Shown: positions 14,101-51,000 of the stretch, one piece after another
Layout of the letters: every line of letters begins with the position of its first letter
Position numbering within the stretch: the stretch's first letter is position 1
Assembly (NCBI GenBank): GCA_965637545.1
Contig: OZ281494.1
Location: forward strand, 13,950,001 to 14,014,000
DNA length: 64,000 bases
DNA from: Phallusia mammillata
Lineage: Eukaryota
Reading direction: 5' to 3'
Notes under the pieces: model-generated
The model's input: only the letters and a program-made list of their open reading frames with translations
Told to the model about the DNA's origin: nothing
The model's database searches: none
Made by a program: the position numbers and the translations under genes

Positions 14101-16224
14101 TGATTCCACAGTCATGTAAAATGTTTGTATGTTTGGGGTTTCTTTGAAATTGTCCAGTTCCAGTCGAATTCTTCGAAGGAGGGTTACGTTTGTTGCAGAT
14201 TGTCTTGCAAGCATCAAACCTAAAACACAGCAGGTTAGTGAACAAAAACACTGAAGTTTTTATACACTGAAGTCTATGTTGTACCTGCTTGTGTATAGGT
14301 TTGTAAACTGGACATTTTTGTCACTGTTAAACAAAATGTTGGTTTTCTGAGATTTCAAGAGCTTAGATTTGGTTGGTGGCTTGAAACCTGAAAATAAATG
14401 TATAACACTTCATACTTTCCTTATTATCACACAAGTATCTGTGCTGTAGTATGACCAGTTATAAGCAAAAAAAACAAATTTGATCACATACGTTAAATTA
14501 TACGAAAAAGCTCTGCCAACTACCTTTTCCTTACTTCAGTCACAAACAATGAATAATAGCCTCTTTATTATTTTTGTTTTATTGTTTGATAACAGAACAC
14601 GCTTTTACCTTTGAGCTTTTTCTTAGGAGTGCTAGGTTCAGGGGTAATTGAAATTGAAGACTTTCCTTCCTCACGTTGGACAATCACACTTTCAAATCTT
14701 AGTTTGCACTGCTTGGGTGATCGGAAAACACTTCCCACAGCGTTTACCATATCAGCAACCAAATGCCAGTTTGGTGTATGTGCTGGCATCATTGTGATTA
14801 ATGAAAGTGGCATATCAAGAACATGCTGTACAGACTGCAAAAAAATATTGTTTACATGTGGTGTTATGCAGCAGCAGATTATATGTCATGGTTATTATTA
14901 CTCAAAATTTAAAATTGCAAACATAGTGTTTGATTTTTATGTTGTGACCTTTTCAGGATTTGTTGATATCAATATATTTAACATATTTTTACCAAGCACC
15001 GACTCTCATAGGTATATAGGTAATGCTTGGCGCCAATTTCTGCCAAGCTATTACAAAAACCAATGTTTAACTTTTACCTGAAGCAATGCCCAGTCCTCAT
15101 TTACTATCCAATCAGGATTAGCGATGGTATCAAGCTGAGGTTTTGTCACACCACCTTCACTGCTGTTCTCTTTAGGTGATGTACTGAGAGCTGATATCAT
15201 GCCTGCAATGTTAAAAAAAACAGTACATATTTACCAAAAGATGGACCATCATCACCCAAATAAAAATAGTTCTTATTTTATACCTTGTGCAAGTCCATGT
15301 TTTGTTGGTGTCCCAGGAATCTGACCTGGTTTAATTGCTTTTCCAGGAAGTTTTATTCTCTGCTGTTTTAGTTCTTTTTTCTTTGTAACTTGCAAAGGAT
15401 GATTGAAAAGTGACTTTGGAATGTTGACATCAACTCGAGATAGTTTCCTTCTCGGACCTTGAACAAAGAAACATAAACCACTTAGTTCAATATTTGTGTC
15501 CGAAAACAACAACAAAACACTCAGTACGCCAAAGGTTTAAAAAATGCATGGCAAAACGCAAGTCATTTTTTTTTTGCACAACTTCTACCAACGACAATTA
15601 ATTACCAGTGCGCTTATCTATTTTGGCACTTATATGTTTACACTTTCACGTTTACCCACTGTTTTATCATTTTTAACACTAGTATGTTTAACCACTGTTT
15701 TCATCATTTTTGGCAATTATATGAAATATGCTTGACAAGCAAAATAGCGAAAGGTTGCTTACTTAGTTCAGGCTTGGCTCTCTTTTTCTCCCGCTTCATT
15801 AAAACAGTAGGAAGTTGATCTTCAGACATAGGGACTGGGATGTAGAGTAAGGACATGCAGGAATCAACATATAAATCACTTTCATCTTGTGGTGGAGTTG
15901 GTGGCATCCAAATCTAAATGGATTTTAAAAACTCTTAGGTCATTTGAAACAAAGGAACACCTTTTTATGGTGTGAATTAAACATATTTGGCAAAATACTA
16001 ACAAATCAGTTACAACATGCGTTGACCTTTACTTATTCAAAAGTTGAGTTTAATTAAAAAAAATGCTTATTCTTGATCAACTGTCAATCTACTCGAGGTT
16101 ATTGTTGGAGAGTGCCGAAATCTTATAAAATGGGACTTTTGAATATTTTTGATGCCCAGCAAGTATTTGCACAAACTGACCCGAACATTAACTTTGCATA
16201 TTTATATCCTGTTAACATACAAAC

Positions 16225-16525
16225 TAGGGATGGGCCAAACCTGTAAATGTTATGTTTGGTCGAGCATCAGGCATCTCATGTTAATGCTCGATACATTGTG
16301 ACATCACAAACATTCCCAATTACACGCTAGTTTTGTAGCTTGCCAATTACCAGCGGCAGACAAGCTCCCAGAAGTACACGTTTATCCACTATTTCATGTA
16401 TTTAAAACATCATTTTTTTTGTTCTTGGATACCCTTTCGGACATTAACTATAAATTTAATGCCCGGGTCAGTTTGTGCAACTGCTCAGCCGAGCATTAAA
16501 AACAGGGATGCTCAGCCCATCCCTA
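16225..16525. mobile_element. hAT-type MITE (copy A2), nested in an older inverted copy of the same family (~16126-16758)
   Basis: 11-bp TIRs TAGGGATGGGC/GCCCATCCCTA; 8-bp TSD ATACAAAC at 16217-16224 and 16526-16533. Confidence 0.85.
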
Positions 16526-17411
16526 ATACAAACTAGTGTTCAAAAGGGTATCCAAGAAAGAAAATTTGCTTATTTTTTGAAATGCATTAAATGGTAGAAA
16601 ACACGAATTCTAAAACCGGTACAGCTTAACACACTACTGGTGACACAATAGACTTCGAAAAACAACAAAATTAGTATGGAGATGGGAATGTTCCAGACAT
16701 TAACATGAGACGCTTGGTGTTGATCACACAGAACATTTGCAGTTTTGGCTAATTTCTATTTAAGTATTACATATTTTACTTACCGGCATAATTTCACCAG
16801 ATATTTCATCCACAAACATCTGGGAAAATTAAAACTCTGTTTAGAAATCTTGCTTTATCCTGTACTGTATGGCAGAGACAGATCAACACAGCCACAAACT
16901 AGTTTCTTGTTTCTTATGCCCAATTTGACTGTGCAGACACTGTGCCTTTATACTGTTCAATGCTTCGAAACTTGTGTTTAAAACGAGAATGCATTTTGGA
17001 TGGCATGATTGTCTGTGCTAGCCTGAATGATTGCTTTAGCGATTTTTAAACATTTTTTTATGCAAGTCAATTTAGCCATGCCAATGCATTCAAGTTTTAA
17101 ACAACTCCTGCACATAACTGGGCTGCATTACAAGACTGCCTGCCATCCCAAATGCACACCTCAACACAACTTTCAAAACAAGAACAGCGCCACACAATAC
17201 ATTTGTCAACATAAAGTGAACTCTATTGCAAACAACCAACAGGGGCAGAATGAAGGCTGGTAATCACACACAATTCTAAGTTTAGAAAATGAAAACAGGC
17301 GATAAACCTTTAAAATATTTAGTACAAAAATTGCCTAGTAGCCATGCGCAGTAGTCAAAGAGCTGAAAAAAAGAAAATAAACGAATACTATTTAATAGCA
17401 GGAACATCGCC

Positions 17412-19175
17412 TCAGGAATTCAGCAGTGACTCGAACGACTCAAACACATTACGTTCTTCTTCATTTTCAGGTGCAAGCGATTCTGGGTCACTCATTGTCA
17501 CAGGTTCAAGATTTAAAGTAATCATGTCTTCATCATCATCGCTAGCAATTGTGAAGTCACCCTTTAGTTCCTCCTGCAAGGAGTCTAGCAATGAAAAAGC
17601 TGATTTTTCATTGCCTTGTGGTACTGGGGTGGAAGTATCAGGTACAGTGAAGTCCAGATCAAATATGTTTGATCTGGCATTTTTGGCTTGTGGTTGCTGT
17701 TTTGTTACAATCTTGGTTGCAGCCTTTGACACTTGCTTTGTTTTTGTCTGTTTGCCTTGATTGCTGGAGTGATTTACTGTTAACACTGGTGCCTGGCTTG
17801 CGATGTTGGAAACAAATCTTAAAGGTTGCTGTGGAATTCCAGGTCTTTGGATCACAAATGTTTGTTGAGTCCTTGCTGGTTGCTGTACTATGTTTCGCAT
17901 AGATCCTCCAGGTAAGCGAATCATGTTCACAGATGGACCCACAGAAACAGCTGTTGATATTCGGGATTGTGGTTTGGTCCCATGGTGTGAAGGTTGTGGC
18001 ACATAAGGTGTAGGGGTATTGGCTTGCACAAATGAGAATGGCAAAAACACTGTTCCTCTATTGCTGGTGGGATTAGGTGCAGGGCGAGTCTTTGTTCTTA
18101 TGACATTGGAACTTATTACATTTCTTGGATTGCTTGTGACCATTGTCTGGAGAGGAACACTGTATACAGGCACATTCGGCATTTTATTGGCTACTGCAGA
18201 GGGTAAAATTTTAGTCATAGGCTGCTGAGACTGCTGCATTGCAGGCTTTGGAGTTTCTACAACAATGTTGTATACAGACTGGGTTGGCTTCATTAGCTTT
18301 TGGTTTAATGGAACAGTAGAGTCTGAAAAACCAGAGCCTGGTGAAAACAGTTCATATTCATCCTGGCAAAGTCGGGTGTTTCTTTTTCGTGGGCGACCAG
18401 ATTTACTAAAGGATAAAATCTCCACAGGACCATAGTCAGTACTTGAGTCAAGCAGTTGTTCTGACCGTTCAGCAACCTTCCACAAAGGTGACTGTCTGTA
18501 CTCGGGAGGTGGACTGCTGCCATGCAAGTGTGTACTATTCATGGAGTCTTCATAATCATTTGTATCAGACAGTTCCAAATTGTCATCACTGTCATCTTGC
18601 CAATCATTGTACAAACTGATGCTATCAGAGTCACCTGACAAGTAACCTGCAGTTTCTTCACCATATTCTGTCCATAAGAGATCATCTCTCTGGAAAGATT
18701 CTTCAGGTCGAAAGTCATTGAACTTTTCATTCTCTTGATTATTTTCATAGTTAGAAACATTGATTGATTTAGGCCTTCCTCTGCCACGTCCTCCACCGCG
18801 ACCCCTGCCACGCCCTCTTCCGCGACCACGCCCACGACTACTTTTCACTCCTTCCTGCTTCTTAGGCTTAAGTTGCTTTGGCTTGCGTTTCGGCTGCATC
18901 AGTTGCAACTTATCATCATTTTCAGAGTCAAAAAGATAGTCCTTGTTGACCTGATCTTCTTCATCTCCTGACGACTCGGATGTTGACATATCAAGGAAGC
19001 AAATGTCACGCTCCTTCTTTCTCCTCTTGCCCTTTTTCTTGCTCACCTGGTTCTCCCCATCCTCCCTGGTGTAGAAAATCTCATCTTCCTCCACATCCAT
19101 CCTTCGCTCCTCTTCTTCCTTGAGCAGGATAAGATGCTGAAGTTGCCAATCCTGTTTTGATTTCTCAACCTGATC
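17412..19175 (-). CDS. dom: SRCAP/DOM-B-like terminal exon, copy A2
   Basis: Same 610-aa ORF as 33853-35685; only two synonymous differences seen vs A1. Confidence 0.6.
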   Translation of the reverse strand, partial: DQVEKSKQDWQLQHLILLKEEEERRMDVEEDEIFYTREDGENQVSKKKGKRRKKERDICFLDMSTSESSGDEEDQVNKDYLFDSENDDKLQLMQPKRKPKQLKPKKQEGVKSSRGRGRGRGRGRGRGGGRGRGRPKSINVSNYENNQENEKFNDFRPEESFQRDDLLWTEYGEETAGYLSGDSDSISLYNDWQDDSDDNLELSDTNDYEDSMNSTHLHGSSPPPEYRQSPLWKVAERSEQLLDSSTDYGPVEILSFSKSGRPRKRNTRLCQDEYELFSPGSGFSDSTVPLNQKLMKPTQSVYNIVVETPKPAMQQSQQPMTKILPSAVANKMPNVPVYSVPLQTMVTSNPRNVISSNVIRTKTRPAPNPTSNRGTVFLPFSFVQANTPTPYVPQPSHHGTKPQSRISTAVSVGPSVNMIRLPGGSMRNIVQQPARTQQTFVIQRPGIPQQPLRFVSNIASQAPVLTVNHSSNQGKQTKTKQVSKAATKIVTKQQPQAKNARSNIFDLDFTVPDTSTPVPQGNEKSAFSLLDSLQEELKGDFTIASDDDEDMITLNLEPVTMSDPESLAPENEEERNVFESFESLLNS

Positions 19176-19423
19176 CTGTATAAACATTGTATGGAATATG
19201 TTCAGTGTTTTACGACACAAGCAGTAAGTTGTATATGGAGGCAATCTGCAACACTACATTTCACTTTAATATTGGATATTTTATGTAAAGAATGCCAAGA
19301 CATGATGCAGTGTCACTACCAGAATGGCCAATTCCAACATTAAAGCTTTCACAGTTACCATAATCGAGAGTGGGCAACGACAAACTACTGGTAAGTTAAA
19401 ATCCAGGTTGGAGTGTCAAGTAA

Positions 19424-19558
19424 AGTTGTTCTTGCACTACGAGGTCTGTCATGCATAAATCAACACACAGATACGGAAAGCACAAGCCTTAATTTCCCTG
19501 ACATGATCAACACAAGATGCCATGGACTGTGACACCTCATGCAAGTGTAGACAGGTCC
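19424..19558 (-). ncRNA. Unassigned H/ACA snoRNA paralog 1, copy A2
   Basis: Copy of 35865-35999. Confidence 0.75.
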
Positions 19559-19998
19559 ACAAAATACAGTAAAAATACACAAACAGGTACCTCTGCCATC
19601 TTCAGTTCAAGGTCGTTCATCTCCTCGGCAGTGATTTCCAAGTAGTTAAGTGCATATTTTTCGATTGTCTTAAGCTCCTCCTCATACTTAGATCCCTTGG
19701 GCAGTTTGAACTTGCTCTCTGGAAATCATGAAATTATTATGCTATAAAATGATGATGTTTTTAATTTTGCACATCTTTGGCAAGCAAAATATTTTATCTT
19801 TTTGGTTATTAATGTTAATTTTAAAGCATCAATGGAATGTAAAAAAATTAGTATTTTCCCATACCTGTGTCATCCACATCATCTTCAGTTTTCTCTTCAG
19901 CTTCAGTAAACTCTTCCATAACTGCATCCTATAAACAAAATAAATTTCCTTATGGCAACAATTCCAAAAAAAACAAAGTTTGTGAAAGTCTAGCACAG

Positions 19999-20061
19999 GC
20001 CTCAGAGACATGGGTGTCTTCAACACTATCAGACATATGCTTGTCAATGCTCATCATGGGC
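19999..20061 (-). ncRNA. SNORD27: U27-like snoRNA paralog 1, copy A2
   Basis: Copy of 36460-36522. Confidence 0.85.
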
Positions 20062-20314
20062 AAAATACTGTTTGATAACTTGATAAGGCACAGAAAGACA
20101 ACACAAATTTTATACCTGTTCTTGTTTAAGTAACTTTGCAGCAGCTGCATCTTCTTTATCCTCAGTCTCCAAAAGAGCCTCTTCCAAATTTTCTTCACTC
20201 TCATCCACATCTGCATCTGCATCTGCATCTGCAGAAGTCTGAACAAAAATACATGAAAGTAACAACTATAAATTGGTAATTGATATGAATATATGGAAGT
20301 ATTTGTAAATAAGG

Positions 20315-20388
20315 AACCGTCAGGATTCAAGTGTCAAAAGATCACCATAGTGAAATACACAGTAAGAAATATTTCTTCATCATAGGTT
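20315..20388 (-). ncRNA. Orphan C/D candidate, copy A2
   Basis: Copy of 36764-36837. Confidence 0.55.
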
Positions 20389-20682
20389 TAAATCAATGGT
20401 TAAGGTAGCAAACAGGAAAAATTAATTGTTTTTACTATACCTCTGGTTCAATCTTGGATGCTTCAATGGCTTTCTGGCGTGCTGTAAGGGGGCGTTGCTG
20501 GGGTTCGGTCAATTCCTCAAGACCAGATGGCTCTTCAAATAGGTCCTTGATGGCTTGCTGTGAAATAGATGATATGTTTTAGATACCGGAGATGTTTCAC
20601 AATAATTATTTTATGACACAGGTCTTTGTGTTCAAATGTCCCATATACTGGTTTTGTTGTTGTTTTAAGACCAATGTATTTA

Positions 20683-20818
20683 TATTGTCCCATATTCCAC
20701 TAAGAAGCACAGCACCACGACACTGCCTCCTAACGATGCCAGGAAATGGCCACGATTTCGCACCATTAATCGATCGTTACAACACAAGCAGTTTGCAACG
20801 GAGATACCAAGAAGGTGC
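20683..20818 (-). ncRNA. SNORA8: ACA8-like snoRNA paralog 1, copy A2
   Basis: Copy of 37132-37267. Confidence 0.75.
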
Positions 20819-21129
20819 ACCATGAAAAATTTATTACCTCAAGAAACCAATTTTTGTTTACTAAATCAAGTTTCCTTTTTTTATCTCATAAACAACTATA
20901 TTTTATACACACATGTTTGAAAAATGCAGTTGTAAAGCTCCCTCCTTCGATTGCAAGATTTCCTAAAAGCCTCTTTTGGTTAGCTTTTTTCAGGATATTT
21001 TCCTCAACAGTCCTTTCACTTATCAACCGATAAATGTGGACGTCCCTTGTCTGGCCGATCCGGTGACACCTGAGCAACACAGGTGGCTCTGACACTTACA
21101 AATATCAAACATGGGTGACCGTAATAAAA

Positions 21130-21585
<456 letters not shown>

Positions 21586-21650
21586 CTAAAGCATACAAGT
21601 TTGATTAGAATTGCATTTTGTAAACAGTTTTGTTACCAAGGCATTAGTTA

Positions 21651-21721
21651 TGTCTCAGTAGTGCTAGTTTGTCGTCATCTACATTCAGGTTGACTGGAGC
21701 AGATTGTTGTCATCACAGACA
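21651..21721 (-). ncRNA. Orphan four-box C/D candidate, copy A2
   Basis: Copy of 38100-38170. Confidence 0.65.
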
Positions 21722-22062
21722 TTGATACATAATATACAATGAATTTGGTTTATTATTTACCATACGCTGTTCGATATGAGTCGATCCATCCAAGCGAAGG
21801 TACCGGTAGCCATGATAACTAAGAAATGCCTCCAAGATGTCTAGCACCCGTGTCATCTGAGTGAAGATCAGTATGCGGTGTTTCTCAGCCCAAAACCGCC
21901 GAAGCAACACACTTAGAATTTGCAGCTTGCCTGTAAAAAAATTCAGTGTTTAGAATCCTATGTTTGCTTTAGTGTGTGCTTCCTTGGTATATGCCTCCAA
22001 CCAGTATACAAAACTGACAATCTACACCTAAATTTACTTTGTATTGATAAATTCTAGCATAG

Positions 22063-22125
22063 GCCTCAGAGCCATGGATGTCTTCAATACTATCAGACAT
22101 ATGCTTGTCAATGTTCATCATAGGC
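22063..22125 (-). ncRNA. SNORD27: U27-like snoRNA paralog 2, copy A2
   Basis: Copy of 38512-38574. Confidence 0.85.
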
Positions 22126-23107
22126 AAAGTACTAGTTAAATGCTTCCTTGGTATATGCCTCTAACCAGTAAATTATATTGATAGTCCACACCTAAACTTG
22201 CTTCATAGTGCTAACTTTAACTGGTGAACTATGGTATCTTTATGTCAGTTAAATAGGATTTGCTAATTACAGGAGGTGTTTATCAATAACAAGTAATACT
22301 CTTTGTCTATACGTGCTTACCACAGTCATACTGGATAAGTCGAGCTTCGGGAAATTGTACTCTGGAGAGCTGTGTAATGCTGTGGTAAGGTTTGAGTGAG
22401 TTGGATAGATAAGAGCGAATACACTCAAGTGATTGTTTTTTCGCTTGCATCCTCCAAGGTGTTGGGTGCGACACATTGAGCTGAGGTGATGATGTTGTAA
22501 CTTTAGGCACCACGAATATAAACCTGTACATAACAAAACTTGCCATGTCTAGCAACAAAAAACGCTAATATTTAGTCTTAAACAGAGTTCAATGGCAAGT
22601 TTAATTTACACCGGGCCTTATATAAAAACATCACTTGAGCAAAGTAAAGGTATGTATATGTACCGGTGTAGAATGTCCTTCAATTCCTGCAGACGTTCTT
22701 CATGGGACTTTTTAGCATTCTGAAGATGTGTGTTTTCCATATGGGCAGTGTGCCAACTCTGCTTCTTTGGTAGAGTGCTGCAAATAAAAGAGAATAATTT
22801 AGCAAAGCAAAACTTAAAAAAAACAAGGGTTTGCCAAATGCAGTTACCGAGCTTTGATTGCAGTTTGAAGAAATTCAACAGTGTTGGCAGGCAAGTAGGT
22901 GGGATAAGCCTCACATCGTTGTGTGTTGATGCGACAAAGGCGCTGCAAGGTATCTTCCCGTTTAGCGCTTTTTAAGCGAACAAGCATTTTCTGCAAAAAT
23001 CGGTCAGATTAAATGATGTATTATTGTTGAATCCCTGGGTCTCAACATTAATGACATCGGAATGGCCCAAAACTGGGCATTGAAAAGCTCTGCTAATAGA
23101 ATAATAG

Positions 23108-23242
23108 AATTGTTCTTGCACTACGAGGTCTGTCATGCACAAATCAACACACAGATACGGAAAGCACAAGCCTTAATTTCCCTGACATGATCAACACAAG
23201 ATGCCATGGACTGTGACACCTCATGCAAGTGTAGACAGGTCC
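23108..23242 (-). ncRNA. Unassigned H/ACA snoRNA paralog 2, copy A2
   Basis: Copy of 39556-39690. Confidence 0.75.
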
Positions 23243-23568
23243 AAGAAAAAGTGCAGTTTACTTCAACTTACTGAATAGGATTCCTCAGGAAGGCGTTTTT
23301 TCCTTGTGCCACCAGAATCTGCATGAAATCACATTTTGATAGTCAGAGGTTTTTATTTAAATCCATGGAGGGGTTTAGTTTATGTTAAGATACCTTGCTA
23401 GTAAAACATTTACAAAGTAACAAATGATGTCTATAAATCAATATTTACCTTTGGAGGAAATGACAGGTTGAGCAGCAGTTGTGACAACTTCAGCTGAAAC
23501 AAACAGGTAAAGTGTATAAATTGTGTGTAGGTACAGGTTTTGTTGTTATTTTAAGGCAATGTGTTTTA

Positions 23569-23704
23569 TATTGTCCCATATTCCACTAAGAAGCACAGCA
23601 CCACGACACTGTCTCCTAACGATGCCAGGAAATGGCCACGATTTCGCACCATTAATCGATCGTTACAACACAAGCAGTTTGCAACGGAGATACCAAGAAG
23701 GTGC
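23569..23704 (-). ncRNA. SNORA8: ACA8-like snoRNA paralog 2, copy A2
   Basis: Copy of 40017-40152. Confidence 0.75.
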
Positions 23705-23965
23705 CTTTCAATAACAATAAAGATCAACGATTACATGATAAATTTTGCAATGACTTAAAAGACATTACTGCCAAGAGTTAAGAATGATTACCTGGAATTT
23801 GAGCATTTGTTGTTGATGGTTGAGTGCCTGCAACTTGTGATACTGGTGTAGAGCTACGGGAAGCCACACCAGAAGTTACAATCTGCACAACACCACCTGA
23901 AACATACAATCACTGAGGTGTAAACTATATACAAGATGGTCGAAGAGTTATTATGACACAAGAAA

Positions 23966-24042
23966 ATTTCTCAGAAGAAAATTCATTTTTCACATCAAAG
24001 AGTTCAGATGAACTATGCCAATAGAATCATTCATCATTGTTT
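23966..24042 (-). ncRNA. U51-like C/D snoRNA, copy A2
   Basis: Copy of 40414-40490. Confidence 0.8.
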
Positions 24043-24693
24043 TATATACAATCTGCATCAAAAAACAGTAATAAATCCAAAATTACCTGGCAAATGTCGA
24101 ATTTGACCATTGGGTATTGTTGCCCACCTTGTTCCCTGTGCTGTTTGGTATTGCAGGGTAATAGACTGTGATGAAGACCTTGGGGTTGAGTCTGCAACAT
24201 TAGTCAACAAATGATTCAATCAGTAAAATGATCAACATTAATCAAAAAAGGTTCTGTTAAGCAAGTACACATACAGAATAGTTTCCTTGCTTACCATTCT
24301 TATTGCGTGGTTGTTGCACAGTCACAAGTCTGGTCGATGATGGTTGGACACTGGAAACAACCTAAAATCAAAACCTTTTTTGAAATATGAAAAACATTTT
24401 TTAAAAATCTGGTCTGTAGTATTTGTATGAACAGAGAAGCTTATACATCATAGAGCTGCAAGTATTCACTTCTAGGTCATTCCATATTTAAGTGATTTTT
24501 ACATTACTGGTCCAAACAAATTAATAAAACTTGAACAAAGTAGTAGATTAATGCACTGACCACTTTAGGCTGAGATAGATGACCAGATGATGATGCAGAT
24601 GCAATTGAGGATTTCTGCAAAAGGTTAGAGTTTAAAAACTAATATAAAGGGTAAAAAAATTCTGATCCGAAAGCTGTCTCAAGAACAAACATA

Positions 24694-24829
24694 AAATGTG
24701 CTTTACCACAGTATCCTGTGAAGACAAAACTTTTTCACAAATTTCAAATGTGGTAAAATAGATGATGTTCGATTGACATGACAGTGACCAGCCGATGGAC
24801 AGCGAACTGGTCACCTCTTAAACAATCGC
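24694..24829 (-). ncRNA. Helix-69-region H/ACA snoRNA, copy A2
   Basis: Copy of 41142-41277, with a better-paired upper stem than A1. Confidence 0.8.
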
Positions 24830-25105
24830 AATATATTTCAGTACATACAAGTACCTGTTCCTGTAAAGAGGCAAGGAAGAGTTTTTCCTGGATCATGGCT
24901 TTCATCTGATCAGTTATGACTTGACGAGGCCTAAAACACAGTTTTATTTAGAGTTAAATTGTTGATGCAAGCTAAAAAACTAATTACATGACTTTTTATT
25001 TATGAAGGTTTGGACTTTGTTTCCAGCTTTTTTAATGTACAAAAGATGTGTATTAAGTTACAGGCGGAGTGCATTTTTAGTTAAAAAAATATTTTGTTTT
25101 AGTTG

Positions 25106-25243
25106 GGCTGTGGTGATGAGCACATTATACTGCCTGTTGATTTAGATGCAACAGCAGTACTTTTATTATCACCATGGGTTTTCTTTTCCCCCAAGGCAAG
25201 TCATTTCAAGAAATTGATTTTCTTAATGATGGTAATGGGGGCT
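25106..25243 (-). ncRNA. Psi609-guide H/ACA snoRNA, copy A2
   Basis: Copy of 41554-41691. Confidence 0.78.
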
Positions 25244-26515
25244 AAATTTGTTCTTCAGTAGCTAGAAATGCAACTGTACCAGTTTACGATCTGATATTAT
25301 ATACAACTGTTGTCTCCACCGCTCATACTAAGTCTCAGGTGACTCATGATTATCATATTTAACACAGTCTGAAGTAGTTTAATTACACTTTCAGTTTTTT
25401 TTTATTGGGTTAAGTGTTTATCTTACCCTTCTTCAGGCAAAAAACTGGATTGAATCTCTTCAATCAGCTTGCGAGGAGTTTTTAAGCGTTTAATTTCATC
25501 AGCATTAACACTTGAAATTTTGCTCAGCGTTGGAATATGTAGGTTTAAATTGAAGAGGTCCACTTCCTGCAAGGTAAGTCATACACATTACAAAAAACGA
25601 TTGACTGATTTACAAGGATATTTTACAATTGTGTATATCCTGGATATCAAAAATATTGTTGGAAATTATTAAGTTCAGCAATGTCACAATAGACATTCTG
25701 TGTGGAGAATTTCCCTACACTGTTCCTCCAATACGTTACATGCAAGCTGATGGATTACAACCAACATGTCTTTGACAGAGGGTAATTTACTACAATAACA
25801 TGCCAGTTACCAGTAACATATGCTAAAAAACCTGGTTATGCAGTATTTTATTTTACTCAATGTTTCTGTAAGAACTGTATGTAATTTTATCAATCTGTAC
25901 AAAATGCTTGAGAATGTGTTTAGTAAATGGAAGCGTAGCTCCTACTGCAACCTTATGTGTGTTAACTTGAAGGGATGCATAAGCCTATTTGTAGGAAGTC
26001 TTGGATACTTAGTCCCACTTCTCTGCCCCTGTTGCAGTCTTGGAGGTCTAAGTACATTTTTGCATCATTTAGTTATTACATAATAAATTTGGTTTCACAT
26101 CAGTCAATTACTGCCCTAACAAAACATTATTGATTTTGACTTTATAACACACACAAAAAAGCAAGGACAGTTTTATATGAATAAGTGTTGAAATAAATTT
26201 GGTGTAGGTATTGCCAATCCAGTAACTTTTCAGTAGCATGGAAAGTAATAGCAATTGTGCAAACTCGCATGCGATGTAGATAAGTAAGGACACTTGTGGC
26301 AGAATTTCTTCTATTTCTTTCTGTATTTTGAACAAATTTTACATCAAGTTGGCAAATTAAACCTTTTATTTACACATGACAATAGTTCTCTCAACATATG
26401 TAGACTACAACATTTGACACAATTCAGAAAATGTAAAAGAATCTAGCCACAACAATACAATAGCTGTGAGAACAGAAAATGGTTTAAAGAAAGCAAACAA
26501 GTGCAAAAACGCAAT

Positions 26516-49655
<23,140 letters not shown>

Positions 49656-50299
49656 TAATTTTGTTTTCTTACGGCATTGCTCAGGGGTTTGCCCTGGTGA
49701 ATGCCTTCTTCAACAGGGTTTGGTACTTGGGATGGCCTGCAATAAATGCACATCAAATTTTACAGTTTTGCCAAGAATGTCATTTACACTTCTCTGTGTT
49801 TAATGACTTTTAACATTACATTTCTTAACATTTACCATTTTTTCACAAAGAATCATAATAATGCTATGTCGTGCAATAACAAAAATCAATCAAAGCATTT
49901 TATCTATAAGGATGTACCTACAAACGAAATAGGAAGTTAGGAACGTAGCAAAAACGAATGATACACTCTGTTATAAAATACTCTTCTGTGTAATTTATGT
50001 GTTTGAGCAAAATTTAGAACAAACGCATACGATTCGAAACATATCGTTAAGCAGTTGAACATAAGATTGGTATAACACACAGCATGAACCCAGAAAAATT
50101 CAAACTGCAATGCGTATTTCTCAAGCATGTGCACGGAAGTAAATCACTTACCTATATCTGCAGAAATCCACGTAAGAAAAGCCCATCCAACGTCAAGTAG
50201 CATTCATCCAGATGGATCAGTACCTGACAGTCATTTTCATTTCTATATTATCAACAAAACGATGAAAGGCACTAAACATGAAACAGCATTTAGTTTACG

Positions 50300-51000
50300 A
50301 ACCACCACAACACCGGCCCGCCAAGAAAGAGTGAGCGCGAAAATGGCGAGATTCACGCTGGCCCTGCACAGCGCATGCGCAGTATTGCGTTTTTCACCAC
50401 GCGGTTGCTTCTTTGTATTGCTCAGCAGTCCGCGTGGACTCTGCTGTTTGGAAAGGGTGGGACTTGGGAACTTATATAAACAGAACACCGGTTTCTAAAC
50501 TTTAGTCTCAGTCCATCTGTCTCTCTGAATGTATAAAGTCAGTAATTGGCCATGTAATGTTCCAGAAACACATTATATAACACGAAATACATGTACTAAG
50601 AAAAACACAATAATGAACAAAAACAAGAAGTTCGTGATCTGTGAAATCAGACAATCGGTCTTCACAAAAAATCTGCAGTTTGACCTATTTCCACAAAAAG
50701 TGTGTACTGGTACTTTTTTTGGTCAAACTTGTTTTCGGTTAAAAAGTATATTCCATGTGTGAGCAATATTTCAGGTTCTTTTTGCATAATTTTCATGCTG
50801 TTTGGGTCTGGAAAAAACTTTTAAGGACGCAGAGGTCAAGACCGGACGCAGAAAAGCAATTATTTTTATTTTCTATAAATATTAGATCATTTTTAATCTT
50901 TTGATAAGGTTGAGCGTATTTTTAGTTTTTCCAATTTCAAAACGAAACCAATTGAACTGAGACAAAGACACATTTCAAACTGACTTCCGCGATGGCTGGA
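50300..51000. promoter_or_regulatory. Putative bidirectional promoter between domino (-) and USP7 (+)
   Basis: Locally GC-rich. YY1-like AAAATGGCG 50340-50348, NRF1-like palindrome GCGCATGCGC 50371-50380, ETS-like ACTTCCG 50983-50989. Minus-strand donor GTAAGTG at 50151 marks a non-coding first exon. Confidence 0.55.
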
